From the NCBI GenBank assembly GCA_907165135.1, contig OU015567.1, positions 10,106,001 to 10,170,000 of the forward strand: DNA of 64,000 nt, written 5' to 3'. The notes beneath the pieces are model-generated. The model was not told the origin of the DNA. It did no database searches and was given only the letters and a program-made list of their open reading frames with translations. Source of the stretch: Oikopleura dioica (taxonomy: Eukaryota; Animalia; Chordata). Below, piece by piece: positions 63,452 to 64,000 of this stretch. Made by a program: the position numbers and the translations under genes. The stretch's first letter is position 1; the number at the start of each line of letters is the position of its first letter.

Positions 63452-64000
63452 CTTCATTATGGTTCTAGATGGGCGTCACGTGCTGCGCAAAAATCGCTCC
63501 GAGAAAACACACTCACAAATTGGACAATTAGCTGATTTGGAAAAGGAAAGAAAATTACAGCTATCTCGTGTATTGAAAACGTGACAATAATAATAAGAAC
63601 AAAAAATTAGCCTCTTGTGCTCGCCTCAAAATCACAGCTCCTCCAAAAATGAGCAGCACCGTATTCAAGCATTATAAATAGAATTTGTAGCGATTTCCGA
63701 AAAAAACAGCGAAAACTGATTTTCACGACGCTACATGTTTCGGCTAGTCAAGTTAGTCGAAAATTTTGGTGGCGGCGAAAACTCTTGACCGCATCTATCC
63801 GGAAAGAGGCTGGCTTCGGAGGAGTGCTATTAATTAGATGAAGAAAAATGAACGGACATTCCCAGGCTATGTATACCGCGCCGAATAGAACCTTTTCGGA
63901 GGAGGTGGAGGAATAGGGGAGCGGCCCTTGATAATCTCCTACCGCGGAAGATCTTACAAGGGGCGGTTTACTCATAACACGACTACGGGTTTATTGGGGG

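Overview
Compact, intron-rich animal DNA. Introns are mostly 40-50 nt, several junctions seem to need GA/GG donors, and there is a Ty3/gypsy (Tor-like) element. Together these suggest an appendicularian tunicate such as Oikopleura; this is an inference, not proven. Left to right: the 3' part of an intact Ty3/gypsy LTR retrotransposon whose LTR abuts a DECR1-like gene; CDV3; a complete Mutator (MULE) transposon with a 9-bp TSD, head-to-head with a MITF/TFE gene; a divergent alpha-tubulin; a large secreted Cys-rich/EF-hand/sushi/Thr-mucin gene; an ankyrin/coiled-coil gene; an SLC22 transporter; a short cationic prepropeptide gene; a galaxin-like+FN3 gene; a multi-LU-domain gene; a multipass membrane gene; and a >13-kb ZP-domain gene on the minus strand. 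At least six non-autonomous DNA elements are present, some nested. Best leads: homologous ~50-nt introns shared by unrelated genes with free copies of the same motif, the orphan prepropeptide, and the novel modular secreted proteins. All gene models were spliced by eye.
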